Below, one piece after another: positions 27,689 through 35,882 of a stretch of DNA of 64,000 nt. Source of the DNA: Candidatus Kaiserbacteria bacterium (lineage in GTDB: Bacteria > Patescibacteriota > Minisyncoccia > Phycocordibacterales > JABMNX01); assembly GCA_016186705.1 (NCBI GenBank), contig JACPLB010000004.1, forward strand, positions 12,381 to 76,380. The letters are read 5' to 3'. The notes beneath the pieces are model-generated. The model searched no databases. It worked only from the letters and a program-made list of their open reading frames with translations, and was not told where the DNA came from. A program made the position numbers and the translations under genes. How positions within the stretch are numbered: the stretch's first letter is position 1; each line of letters begins with the position of its first letter.

Positions 27689-28924
27689 ATGAATAAAAAT
27701 ACGCCTCAAGAACTCCAGGACCACGACCACCGCAAAATCGGGAAGGAACTTGACCTTTTCACGTTCTCCGACCTTGTGGGTTCGGGGCTTCCACTGTGGA
27801 CTCCACGCGGAACGCTCATCCGGCAAGAACTTGACCGTTATGTATGGGAACTTCGCGCGCGCTATGGTTATGAACGCGTCACCATCCCTCACATTACAAA
27901 GCGAGACCTCTATGAAACATCGGGGCATTGGGGAAAGTTTGGAGATGATTTGTTCAAATTTTCTTCGCGAGAAGGGCGCGAGTACGCACTCAAGCCAATG
28001 AACTGTCCACATCACACGCAGATATTTGCGCGCCGACCGATGAGTTATCGTGAGATGCCGCAAAGATACGCCGAAACAACGATGGTATACCGAGACGAGC
28101 AATCCGGAGAACTCGGAGGATTGACGCGCGTCCTATCGATTACTCAAGACGATAGCCATGTTTTCTGCAGGACACCCCAGATAAAAGAAGAGTTTATGCA
28201 CATTTGGGATATTGTTGACACGTTTTACCGAACATTCGGTTTTACTCTCAATGTACGGCTTTCTTTCCATAACCCGAACACCCCTGAAAAATATATAGGG
28301 ACTCCGGAGGTGTGGAAAAATGCTGAGAATGCGCTCCGCGAGATAGCGAGGGAGCGCGGCGCAGATTCTATTGAAGTGTTGGGAGAGGCGGCATTATATG
28401 GTCCAAAACTTGATTTCATGGCAACCGACTCAATTGGAAGAAAGCACCAAGTCGCAACCATTCAACTCGACCTTAATCTTCCAGAGCGTTTTGACCTGAC
28501 GTGCATAAACGAACGAGGAGAGCGAGAGCGTATAGCCATCATTCACAGCGCCATTATGGGATCTATTGAGAGATTTACCGCCGTTTTGCTAGAGCATCTT
28601 AAAGGAGCCTTTCCGCTCTGGCTCTCGCCGGTGCAGGTCGTGGTTCTTCCTATCACCGAAAAACACATCGGGTATGCGCGCGAAGTCACAGAGGCACTGA
28701 AGAGCAAGAGACTCCGTGTTGACATTGACGACAGTTCGGAGACGCTTGGGAAAAAAATACGTTTAGTTAAACTAGAGAAAACTCCTTATTTCGTGGTTAT
28801 CGGGGACGAAGAAGTGGAGAGTAAACGAGTGACGCTTGAGAGCCGCGATAGCGGTAAGATAGGCGCAATCGCCCTTGACGCACTCATTGAACGGCTTGCG
28901 GCAGAAGTTGAATCAAAAAAATAA
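27689..28924 (+). CDS. thrS: Threonyl-tRNA synthetase, catalytic plus anticodon-binding domains only (no N-terminal TGS/editing domains)
   Basis: Begins at the class II catalytic core (HRKIGKELDLF...; motif 2/3 regions; HSAIMGSIERF). The C-terminal anticodon-binding domain is present. It is 411 aa against ~640 for canonical bacterial ThrRS. Confidence 0.85.
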   Translation: MNKNTPQELQDHDHRKIGKELDLFTFSDLVGSGLPLWTPRGTLIRQELDRYVWELRARYGYERVTIPHITKRDLYETSGHWGKFGDDLFKFSSREGREYALKPMNCPHHTQIFARRPMSYREMPQRYAETTMVYRDEQSGELGGLTRVLSITQDDSHVFCRTPQIKEEFMHIWDIVDTFYRTFGFTLNVRLSFHNPNTPEKYIGTPEVWKNAENALREIARERGADSIEVLGEAALYGPKLDFMATDSIGRKHQVATIQLDLNLPERFDLTCINERGERERIAIIHSAIMGSIERFTAVLLEHLKGAFPLWLSPVQVVVLPITEKHIGYAREVTEALKSKRLRVDIDDSSETLGKKIRLVKLEKTPYFVVIGDEEVESKRVTLESRDSGKIGAIALDALIERLAAEVESKK

Positions 28925-28929
28925 CACCG

Positions 28930-30348
28930 CTAAGTTCTCCTCCTCTCTCGCGCGTACTCCACGGCGCGCAGGAGTGCCATCTTCGCGCTCGTGTGTTGCG
29001 TGAGATAATTCTGGTCAATGCCTGTTGAGAGAATATGAATCAGTCGCTCAATATCTTTGTTGTTCCACCTTTCAAAACTATCTTCAATAGACTCGTCGCT
29101 CAATGTCTCATTCTCGCCGATGCGGCGGCAGTAGAGACGGTCAAGTTCGCAGAGCATGCGCACCAACACTTCCGGCATGTCCTGCTTCTCTGCTTTATAC
29201 GCCTGCATGATGTCGAGCACCCGATTGGTATCTCCATGAACGACAGCTTTAATCAACTGGGCGGACGAAGATTCTCCTGTTTCCGTTCTTGTTTCTTTCC
29301 CTTCAACACCCGCCCGTAGCGCACCGAGCGTGGGAGCAGGACGCGAAACAAAAGTCTCCCTTTCCGAAACGGCACTATTCACGTTTGATGAACGTTTCAG
29401 TTCAAGTCGAGGCGAAGTGCCGTCAGGTCCGGTTTCGAGTATCAGCGTGTCGCTTGCGTAAGACATTCCCTTATCTGGAGCACCATTTTCGAGCGGAGAG
29501 GTGAGCATGTCGGATAGTGCATTGTCAAAGCTGTCGTTATTGTCAGGGACATATTCAGCATGCTTCTCCTCATGTACTCGGACTGTTTCTCCCGCACTAA
29601 ACACATGCTTTAAAGTATAGAAAAGCTTTGCACCGAACTTTCGAGTAAGTAAAAGGTATGCCAAAAAACCGCTCCAGAGCATGAGCACAAGCCAGTAAAG
29701 ACCCGTAACAATCGGGCCCGCTTTAAAGCCGGTATACGGAATCTGGCTTAAGGTAATAAACGCAAGCGGCTGTTCGGAAACTCCCGGAAGAGAATCTACA
29801 GAGACGCTCGGGGCATTAAGACCTCCCGCTCCGCCGGTGCCTCCCGGGCCGCCGGACGAACCGCTATCACCGGAACTGTCGCCTCCTGAATCCCCTCCTC
29901 CGTCACCTGCATCGCCCGCATCTCCTGCATCACCTGCGTCGCCTCCTGCGTCGCCGCTACCTCCACCTGCGCCTCCAGAGCCGCCACTACCTCCACCAGG
30001 AGCACCCGCGCCGGAATCACCGGAAGAGTCGCCTCCCCCATCACCTGCTCCTGCACCGTCGCCGGCAGAGTCTCCTCCAGAGTCCCCTCCTGAGTCACCA
30101 CCTGAATCTCCTCCTGAATCCCCTCCAGAGTCACCGCCGGAATCTCCACCCGAATCACCCTGAGCAAATACATGATTGATGCTGAAACCAATCGGCTTGT
30201 GATTTTGAATTAATTTATAGTCAGGGGTTGTGTGAAAAAAAGAAAAAAAGAAAACAACAGAAGAAATGGAAACGGCAACAATCTTACGAAGGAATCGTCT
30301 CATGAGCAATGAAATGTTTTTTTGAGTTTTTTTAATATGCTGAGACAT
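28930..30348 (-). CDS. Bitopic membrane protein: signal peptide, Gly/Asp/Ser-repeat (GDSGG)n extracellular region, an LPXTG-like IPYTG motif followed by a TM helix and basic residues, then a ~250-aa cytoplasmic domain
   Basis: N-terminal hydrophobic signal (…VAVSISSVVFFFSFF…AQ), more than 25 GDSGG/GDAGD repeats, ...QIPYTGFKAGPIVTGLYWLVLMLWSGFLAYLLLTRKFG..., long C-terminal soluble domain. The ATG at 30348 was verified. Confidence 0.6.
   Translation of the reverse strand: MSQHIKKTQKNISLLMRRFLRKIVAVSISSVVFFFSFFHTTPDYKLIQNHKPIGFSINHVFAQGDSGGDSGGDSGGDSGGDSGGDSGGDSGGDSAGDGAGAGDGGGDSSGDSGAGAPGGGSGGSGGAGGGSGDAGGDAGDAGDAGDAGDGGGDSGGDSSGDSGSSGGPGGTGGAGGLNAPSVSVDSLPGVSEQPLAFITLSQIPYTGFKAGPIVTGLYWLVLMLWSGFLAYLLLTRKFGAKLFYTLKHVFSAGETVRVHEEKHAEYVPDNNDSFDNALSDMLTSPLENGAPDKGMSYASDTLILETGPDGTSPRLELKRSSNVNSAVSERETFVSRPAPTLGALRAGVEGKETRTETGESSSAQLIKAVVHGDTNRVLDIMQAYKAEKQDMPEVLVRMLCELDRLYCRRIGENETLSDESIEDSFERWNNKDIERLIHILSTGIDQNYLTQHTSAKMALLRAVEYARERRRT
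29820..30170. repeat. Tandem 15-nt coding repeats (e.g. gagtcaccacctgaatctcctcc, minus-strand GDSGG units) inside the gene above
   Basis: Visible 15-bp periodicity in the sequence. The opposite-strand ORF (29837..30163, P/E/S-rich) is the mirror reading of the same repeats. Confidence 0.75.
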
Positions 30349-30360
30349 ATTATTTGTATA

Positions 30361-30403
30361 AAAAGTGTTGGAACACGGCTCACACGCGAGCCGCGTTCCA
30401 CAC
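30361..30403 (-). terminator. Rho-independent terminator after the sortase/lipoprotein operon
   Basis: Minus-strand RNA gives GUGUGGAACGCGGCUC-GCGUGU-GAGCCGUGUUCCAACAC followed by UUUUUA. This is an inverted repeat with one mismatch. Confidence 0.5.
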
Positions 30404-30420
30404 TTTAAGCGATGCCGTCG

Positions 30421-31032
30421 CTAGCTTTGCGGCGGCACCTTTGTGTTCAACCGAGTCGCGGGGTATTTCGGTTTCCCCTGCGAATCGATGTCTTCGCCCG
30501 GCTTGGTGAAATATTTTTCGCTCGGATTATTGTACTCGAGTTTCACCCCCGGCTTTGAAGACCAGATCTTGACGAAGTGTTTGCTCGTCAGAGCGTCTTG
30601 CGACACCCAGAGCGTCCCTTCGCCATTGTGCGTCCGGAGGACGGGATTTATTTCCCCGTTTTGCGAGGATGTTTCTTCGCGCTTCGTGACTTCGCCAGTC
30701 TTCGTGGTGCCGAAAAGCACGACGCGCATATTCGGCTTGAGTCCCCGAAGCCCCACGGTAATGGGAAATTCGCCGACGTGGAGCGCCCCTTCCTTGTAGA
30801 GACTTTGACGAATATCGTCCCTGCTGTTGCTGCTCCCCCAAACCATGCCTTGGGCTGGTCCGACGTTCTGCCAGACGCAGAGCTTATAGGCGATGAAACC
30901 CTCGCGAGCCTCACCTTGAGAACATTTGTCGGCACGTACGATAGAATCAACCGCCGTCGCGCATGCACCGAGGGTGAGCAATCCCGCCAGAAGTACGCTG
31001 AAGAGCGGTGTCAGGTTGAGGACACGCTTCAT
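30421..31032 (-). CDS. Lipoprotein of unknown function (lipobox LTLGAC)
   Basis: MKRVLNLTPLFSVLLAGLLTLGACATAV has signal peptidase II features. The ATG at 31032 was verified and forms an ATGA overlap with the upstream gene. Confidence 0.6.
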   Translation of the reverse strand: MKRVLNLTPLFSVLLAGLLTLGACATAVDSIVRADKCSQGEAREGFIAYKLCVWQNVGPAQGMVWGSSNSRDDIRQSLYKEGALHVGEFPITVGLRGLKPNMRVVLFGTTKTGEVTKREETSSQNGEINPVLRTHNGEGTLWVSQDALTSKHFVKIWSSKPGVKLEYNNPSEKYFTKPGEDIDSQGKPKYPATRLNTKVPPQS

Positions 31033-31688
31033 GACGCTCCTCCTGTCTTTGCCGTCCTCAGCGCCCAATTCACGCAACGCTCGGGTTTCACGAGGATGTA
31101 CTTAACGTTCTCGTGAACGAAAACGTACTCGCGCGTTGACGCCCCCTCTTGGAAAGCGACTTCAACACAGCGTTTGAGCTTTTTCTTTTTGTCCTTGCCG
31201 CCACGTCCGTAGACCATGACGTCAAGTGTGTCCCCCTTCTTAAGCGAGCCGCTTGTGCCGCTGTCTGCCTTCGCGAGCTCGAGAAGTTTCTTTGCCACCT
31301 CATCGGGAAGCTTCATTTCTTTCTTGATGAGGTCCATCGCGTCAGAGAGGCCTTCCGGGTCCTTATTTGTCGGGTCGAACCACGGATCGTGCCCGTAGCT
31401 CTTCCAGACGAACGGACAGGATTGCGGTTTCTCCGCGCCGGGTGTCGTGACTGTTTTGACCGCACTGTCCGAAAACTCGACAGGCGGCGGTCCGTCTTTA
31501 CCCGACGGAAGGTGTTCCGTCGAGGCGGAACGCCACGGTTGCGCGTCCCCTTTGCCGTTAACCGAGAAGTCTGGGCAATTGCCGACGCATGTGCCGGCAA
31601 CGGAATTGTTGCCGGCGAACGAACACGCGCCAAGCGTGAACGAAGCCGCAACCATGAAAGCAAGCGCTTTCAGAGTACTCTGGACCAT
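31029..31688 (-). CDS. Lipoprotein of unknown function (lipobox FTLGAC)
   Basis: MVQSTLKALAFMVAASFTLGACSF...; Cys-containing N-terminal region (CVGNCPDF), Lys-rich C-terminus. Confidence 0.6.
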   Translation of the reverse strand: MVQSTLKALAFMVAASFTLGACSFAGNNSVAGTCVGNCPDFSVNGKGDAQPWRSASTEHLPSGKDGPPPVEFSDSAVKTVTTPGAEKPQSCPFVWKSYGHDPWFDPTNKDPEGLSDAMDLIKKEMKLPDEVAKKLLELAKADSGTSGSLKKGDTLDVMVYGRGGKDKKKKLKRCVEVAFQEGASTREYVFVHENVKYILVKPERCVNWALRTAKTGGAS

Positions 31689-31780
31689 TGTGATGTCCTT
31701 TCTTGTCTGTTGGGTTGGCCAGGTTACGTGTTAAAGAACTAACGAACACTCCCTACTTAGAGAGTTATCTGCTAACGAAA

Positions 31781-32437
31781 TTATATCGCAAGCACATAAC
31801 TCCCCGCGTAATCCGCTTCAACCACGTACCGTTCGCTCTCCGCGCCGAACGAATTGCAGGTTGAGAGCGTCAGTTTTCTCACACCGCGCCGGATGTCAAC
31901 CTTAATCTCGTCTGCTTCCGCAAGCGTTACGCTCGTAACGCGATACACATATCGTGTATTCTCTGAGTCAACAAATATCTCGTCTCTGTACGCAAGTTTG
32001 CCGAGATTGTTAAATGTTTGATAATTTTTGTTTATAACGTTCGGCAGAAAGCTCGAGTGCCCAAAGAGGAAAATGTTCGCGTCCTCTTCTAACGTTCCTG
32101 TACCCGGGTAATGCACCGCTCCACGGCTCAGTGCCCGGTCAAGCACTTCAATGTCGCGGCTTTCGGGATTTTCAACACGAGCGTCTATGCCAACTTTCGG
32201 GATCGTAATCCGAACAGGCTCTCCTAATTCCCCATGTTGCACAACCTCGGATGTTTCGGCATACGCGCTTGTTACCGGCGTGTGTGCGGATGTAGGAGTG
32301 TACTCGGGAACAAATCCAATCAAGAAGAGAATTAAGAATGACAAAAAGAACATGAGCAGAAATAAATACAGGAACTCCCACTTCTGCTTAAACAGAATAG
32401 TCGCGTGTGTTGTGAAGCTAGAGCCGTTACGTATCAT
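31781..32437 (-). CDS. Sortase-family transpeptidase
   Basis: N-terminal TM anchor; catalytic His (LFGHSS), TLSTC cysteine motif (TLxTC) and conserved Arg downstream. Confidence 0.8.
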   Translation of the reverse strand: MIRNGSSFTTHATILFKQKWEFLYLFLLMFFLSFLILFLIGFVPEYTPTSAHTPVTSAYAETSEVVQHGELGEPVRITIPKVGIDARVENPESRDIEVLDRALSRGAVHYPGTGTLEEDANIFLFGHSSFLPNVINKNYQTFNNLGKLAYRDEIFVDSENTRYVYRVTSVTLAEADEIKVDIRRGVRKLTLSTCNSFGAESERYVVEADYAGSYVLAI

Positions 32438-32551
32438 GTCTCTGGGCTGTACCTTTGTACACTACGTTTGTAGATTTGTCAAATTGCGAGTTTTCTTCTT
32501 TTTACTACCTACACGATATCATAGACGACACGTTGACATTTTTATTTTCAT

Positions 32552-33586
32552 GTGCTACACCTATCGGGTATGAATCATCCGGGAGAACAAGTAAAAGAAA
32601 TCGCCATCCGCAGCTTGGCGGTAGTTGGCTTTCTCGCCGTACTCTCTCTCGGGCTCTGGGGAACGGTTCAAGTCGTCAGATTGACGCCAGCCATCTTTTC
32701 TTCCCTTGCAGCTGTTACGACAACGCTCACATCGGTGTTCATCCCCCGGCATGAGGAAATTACTATCAATACTCCGGATTCTCTTATCCTTACCGGCAAT
32801 GTTTTTGAATTGACGTGGTCCTACCGCAACAAGCCTGTGAACGTTCTGTACACGTTCAGCTACGCATGCGAGGAAGGATTTTCTTTTGAACTGTCAAACA
32901 ACGGCGGGGTGTATGAAGCGGTACCGTGCGATGCTCCGTTCTCTTTTACAAGCGATACCGACGTGCTCCGTCTTATTCCCCTCTCAAAGGACAAGAGACT
33001 CATCGAAGTACCGGTAATTATTTCTTCGGTGCGCGAGAGCGGAGATATTGCGGCGTCGCGGGAGCTCACGTTAACCATTGCTAACGAATTCTCTTCCGAA
33101 AGCGGCTCAACGAAAAGTACAGGGGCGGGACAGGCTGCTTCTGTTGCCGCAGGAGAACGCACTGACACGATTTTTCCCATCACTGACAGCAGGACGACAT
33201 CAAATCCGCTCGGAGAGCCGGATCTTACTGTGAGCGCTCTAAGAATCGGCATTATCAATAGTGAAAACGAGTTTGTGCCGGCAGATTCAGTACGCGTGAG
33301 TGACCGCGCTGCCGTTCGATTTGAAGTAAGCAATATTGGCACAAAAACATCTGACAACTGGACTTTTAACGCCGTACTCCCGACATTTCCCATGCATATT
33401 TTCCATTCAACGTCCCAACAGACACTCGCGCCGGGAGAGAGAATTGAATTTACGCTTGGATTTGACCAACTCAACAAAAACCTCTCCGAAGGAGTTGTGA
33501 CGATTAACGTCGACCCGACATACAGCATCAAGGAAGCCAGTGAAGAGAACAATGTTAGGCAAATAACCTTTGTGATTTCCAAATAA
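32552..33586 (+). CDS. Membrane-anchored surface protein with a C-terminal CARDB-like domain
   Basis: N-terminal TM (AVVGFLAVLSLGLWG). The C-terminus reads PDLTVSALRIG...VRFEVSNIGTKTSDNWTFNAVL...LAPGERIEFT...TINVDPTYSIKEASEENNV, the CARDB pattern. A GTG at 32552 or the ATG at 32570 could be the start. Confidence 0.6.
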   Translation: MLHLSGMNHPGEQVKEIAIRSLAVVGFLAVLSLGLWGTVQVVRLTPAIFSSLAAVTTTLTSVFIPRHEEITINTPDSLILTGNVFELTWSYRNKPVNVLYTFSYACEEGFSFELSNNGGVYEAVPCDAPFSFTSDTDVLRLIPLSKDKRLIEVPVIISSVRESGDIAASRELTLTIANEFSSESGSTKSTGAGQAASVAAGERTDTIFPITDSRTTSNPLGEPDLTVSALRIGIINSENEFVPADSVRVSDRAAVRFEVSNIGTKTSDNWTFNAVLPTFPMHIFHSTSQQTLAPGERIEFTLGFDQLNKNLSEGVVTINVDPTYSIKEASEENNVRQITFVISK

Positions 33587-33602
33587 GGCGCGATTTTCTG
33601 CT

Positions 33603-35696
33603 TTAAATATCGAGATTCGCTTGCTTCGCGTTTGACTGGATGAACGACTTACGTGACGCGACGTCGGTTCCCATAAGAGTGTCGAAGATAGTATTCGCTT
33701 CCTCGGCGTCTTCTATCGTTACCCGCTTCAAGACGCGGCGCGCCGGATCCATGGTCGTCTCCCACAGCTCTTCAGGATTCATCTCGCCAAGCCCTTTGTA
33801 TCGCTGGATATGAGTCCGAGGCGCCGTTGTTTTCTTTTCGACATCAGCGCTGTCGCCAGTATCCTCTTCAACTTCTACGCCGCTTGAAACCTCGTCAATG
33901 GGGAGCTCTTCTTTTCCGAGAAGTTTTATTTTATCGTCATCGGAGTACGCGTAAAATACCTCTCGTCCCTTTTTAATTTTATAGAGTGGCGGCTGAGCGA
34001 TATACAGATACCCTCCGTCAATAACAGGACGAAAGTAACGATAAAAAAGAGTGAGGAGAAGGGTACGGATGTGCGCGCCGTCGACATCCGCGTCCGTAGC
34101 GATAATAACTTTATGATATCGAAGTTTTGTAATATCAAATGTGTCGCCGATGGCAGTGCCAAGCGCGACAACCAAAGCTTTTATCTCGTTTGACGAGAGC
34201 ATTTTGTCGAGACGTGCACGCTCAACATTGAGAATTTTCCCGCGGAGCGGGAGAATTGCTTGTGTGCGACGGTCCCGCCCCTGTTTTGATGAGCCGCCGG
34301 CGGAATCCCCCTCGACAATGAAAAGTTCCGATTCTTCGGCGCTTTTCGTCTGACAATCCGCGAGTTTGCCGGGAAGCGTCATGCCGTCAAGAGCGCCCTT
34401 GCGCAATACGCTGTCTTTTGCCGCCTTCGCCGCCTTTCGCGCCTTGAGAGCGAGTACTGCCTTTGCGAGAATCATTTTTGCGTCATCCGGATGCTCTTCA
34501 AGAAATGCCCCAAATGCTTCGCTAAAGACGCTCTCGACTGCGCCGCGCGCCTCGACGCTTCCCAGTTTCCCCTTCGTTTGACCTTCAAATTGGATCTCCG
34601 CCATTTTTATCAACACAACCGCGGTCAGCCCTTCAAGCACGTCTTCTCCGGTAAACGCTTCCCCGTTACCTTTTGCTCCGCCATTTCTTTTCGTGTAGCT
34701 GTTGAGAGTGCGGGTAAGCGCGGTTTTAAAGCCGGTGACATGTGTGCCCCCTTCCGCATTATAGACATTGTTTGCAAACGCAGAGATTCGTGAAGATATA
34801 TCGTCAACGTATTGGAGAGCAATTTCAACGGAAACGCCGTCCGCTTCTTTCTCAATGTAAAAAATATTTTTATGAACCGGTTTCTGGTGCCGATTTTGAA
34901 ACTTTACGAGCGAGAGAAGCCCTCCTTCAAAATAAAACGACATTGACGGACATTCAATGTCAAGGGCTTTAAGGAAGAGGGTATTGTCTTCATCAAAGGT
35001 CTTCTCTGATGCGCGTATATCAAGAATTGTGATGCGCAGTCCCTTGACGAGATACGCTTGCTGGCGAAAGTGGGAGATTATTTTATTCCAGTCAAAAATA
35101 ATTTCCTTGAAAACCGCAGGGTCCGGCTCAAAAGTAATGACGGTTCCGGTTTTATCTGACGCTTTTACTTTTTTGACTTTCGCTTTGGTTTTTCCGCCGT
35201 CAGCATACTCTTGCAGATACATACCGCCGTCCCGATGTACAATCGCTTTCACGTGCTTTGAGAGCGCGTTCACCACGGAAACACCGACTCCGTGAAGACC
35301 TCCGGAAACTTTATATCCTTCTCCGCCGAATTTCGCGCCGGAGTGGAGCGTCGTCATCACCGTCTCAAGCGCCGACACTTTTGTTTTCTTGTGCGTGTCA
35401 ACCGGAATGCCGCGCCCATTGTCGGCAACGCGAACCCGATTTCCCTGAAGAAGCGCGACTTCAATATGATTGGCAAATCCTCCCATCGCCTCGTCCCGAG
35501 AATTGTCAAATACTTCCCACACGAGATGATGCAAGCCATCGAGACCGGTTGTCCCGATGTACATGCCGGGGCGTCTACGGACGGCTTCAAGCCCCTCAAG
35601 CACCGTAATGTCCTCGGCTTTGTAACTGCCTTTATTTTTCACTTTATTTTTCGTAAGAGTGCTCTTTTTTGCTTTCTTTTCAGCCATTTTTTGCAA
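33603..35696 (-). CDS. gyrB: DNA gyrase subunit B (type IIA topoisomerase ATPase subunit)
   Basis: GHKL ATPase motifs (EVFDNSRDEA, DNGRGIP, GLHGVG), Toprim (EGDSAGGS) and C-terminal tail. Confidence 0.9.
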   Translation of the reverse strand: MQKMAEKKAKKSTLTKNKVKNKGSYKAEDITVLEGLEAVRRRPGMYIGTTGLDGLHHLVWEVFDNSRDEAMGGFANHIEVALLQGNRVRVADNGRGIPVDTHKKTKVSALETVMTTLHSGAKFGGEGYKVSGGLHGVGVSVVNALSKHVKAIVHRDGGMYLQEYADGGKTKAKVKKVKASDKTGTVITFEPDPAVFKEIIFDWNKIISHFRQQAYLVKGLRITILDIRASEKTFDEDNTLFLKALDIECPSMSFYFEGGLLSLVKFQNRHQKPVHKNIFYIEKEADGVSVEIALQYVDDISSRISAFANNVYNAEGGTHVTGFKTALTRTLNSYTKRNGGAKGNGEAFTGEDVLEGLTAVVLIKMAEIQFEGQTKGKLGSVEARGAVESVFSEAFGAFLEEHPDDAKMILAKAVLALKARKAAKAAKDSVLRKGALDGMTLPGKLADCQTKSAEESELFIVEGDSAGGSSKQGRDRRTQAILPLRGKILNVERARLDKMLSSNEIKALVVALGTAIGDTFDITKLRYHKVIIATDADVDGAHIRTLLLTLFYRYFRPVIDGGYLYIAQPPLYKIKKGREVFYAYSDDDKIKLLGKEELPIDEVSSGVEVEEDTGDSADVEKKTTAPRTHIQRYKGLGEMNPEELWETTMDPARRVLKRVTIEDAEEANTIFDTLMGTDVASRKSFIQSNAKQANLDI

Positions 35697-35830
35697 AAAA
35701 ATTAAAAAGAGGAGGGTGTCCTCAGTGCTCTAAGTATAACAAAAAACACACCCGAAATAAAGGAGTTTTGCTTGCCTGTTTCGGCAGACAGGTGAATTGA
35801 GGAAGTCAAAATAGCTATGTTTAAAGCCGT

Positions 35831-35856
35831 GAAAAACGCCACATACCGCCTGTGGC
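35831..35856 (-). terminator. Rho-independent terminator downstream of pheST
   Basis: Minus-strand RNA gives GCCACAGGCGGUAUGUGGC hairpin (6-bp stem) followed by GUUUUU, 27 nt after the pheT stop. Confidence 0.5.
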
Positions 35857-35882
35857 ATTTTTATCCCCCGCTCACTCCGCGC

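Noticed and set aside
27671-27691. TATAAT hexamer immediately at the thrS start
   Set aside because: The hexamer overlaps the ATG itself (tataATG), so it cannot serve as the -10 element for this start. It is probably coincidental in an AT-rich leader.
29837-30163. 108-aa Pro/Glu/Ser-rich ORF (…SPPESPPESPP…) on the plus strand
   Set aside because: It is the mirror reading of the 15-nt tandem repeats that encode the (GDSGG)n region of the minus-strand membrane protein. The minus-strand ORF has a signal peptide and TM segments and continues for 472 aa.
32860-33582. 240-aa minus-strand ORF overlapping the CARDB-domain gene
   Set aside because: The plus-strand reading frame carries a recognisable TM anchor and CARDB motif. 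The antisense translation is compositionally odd, with no domain or signals.
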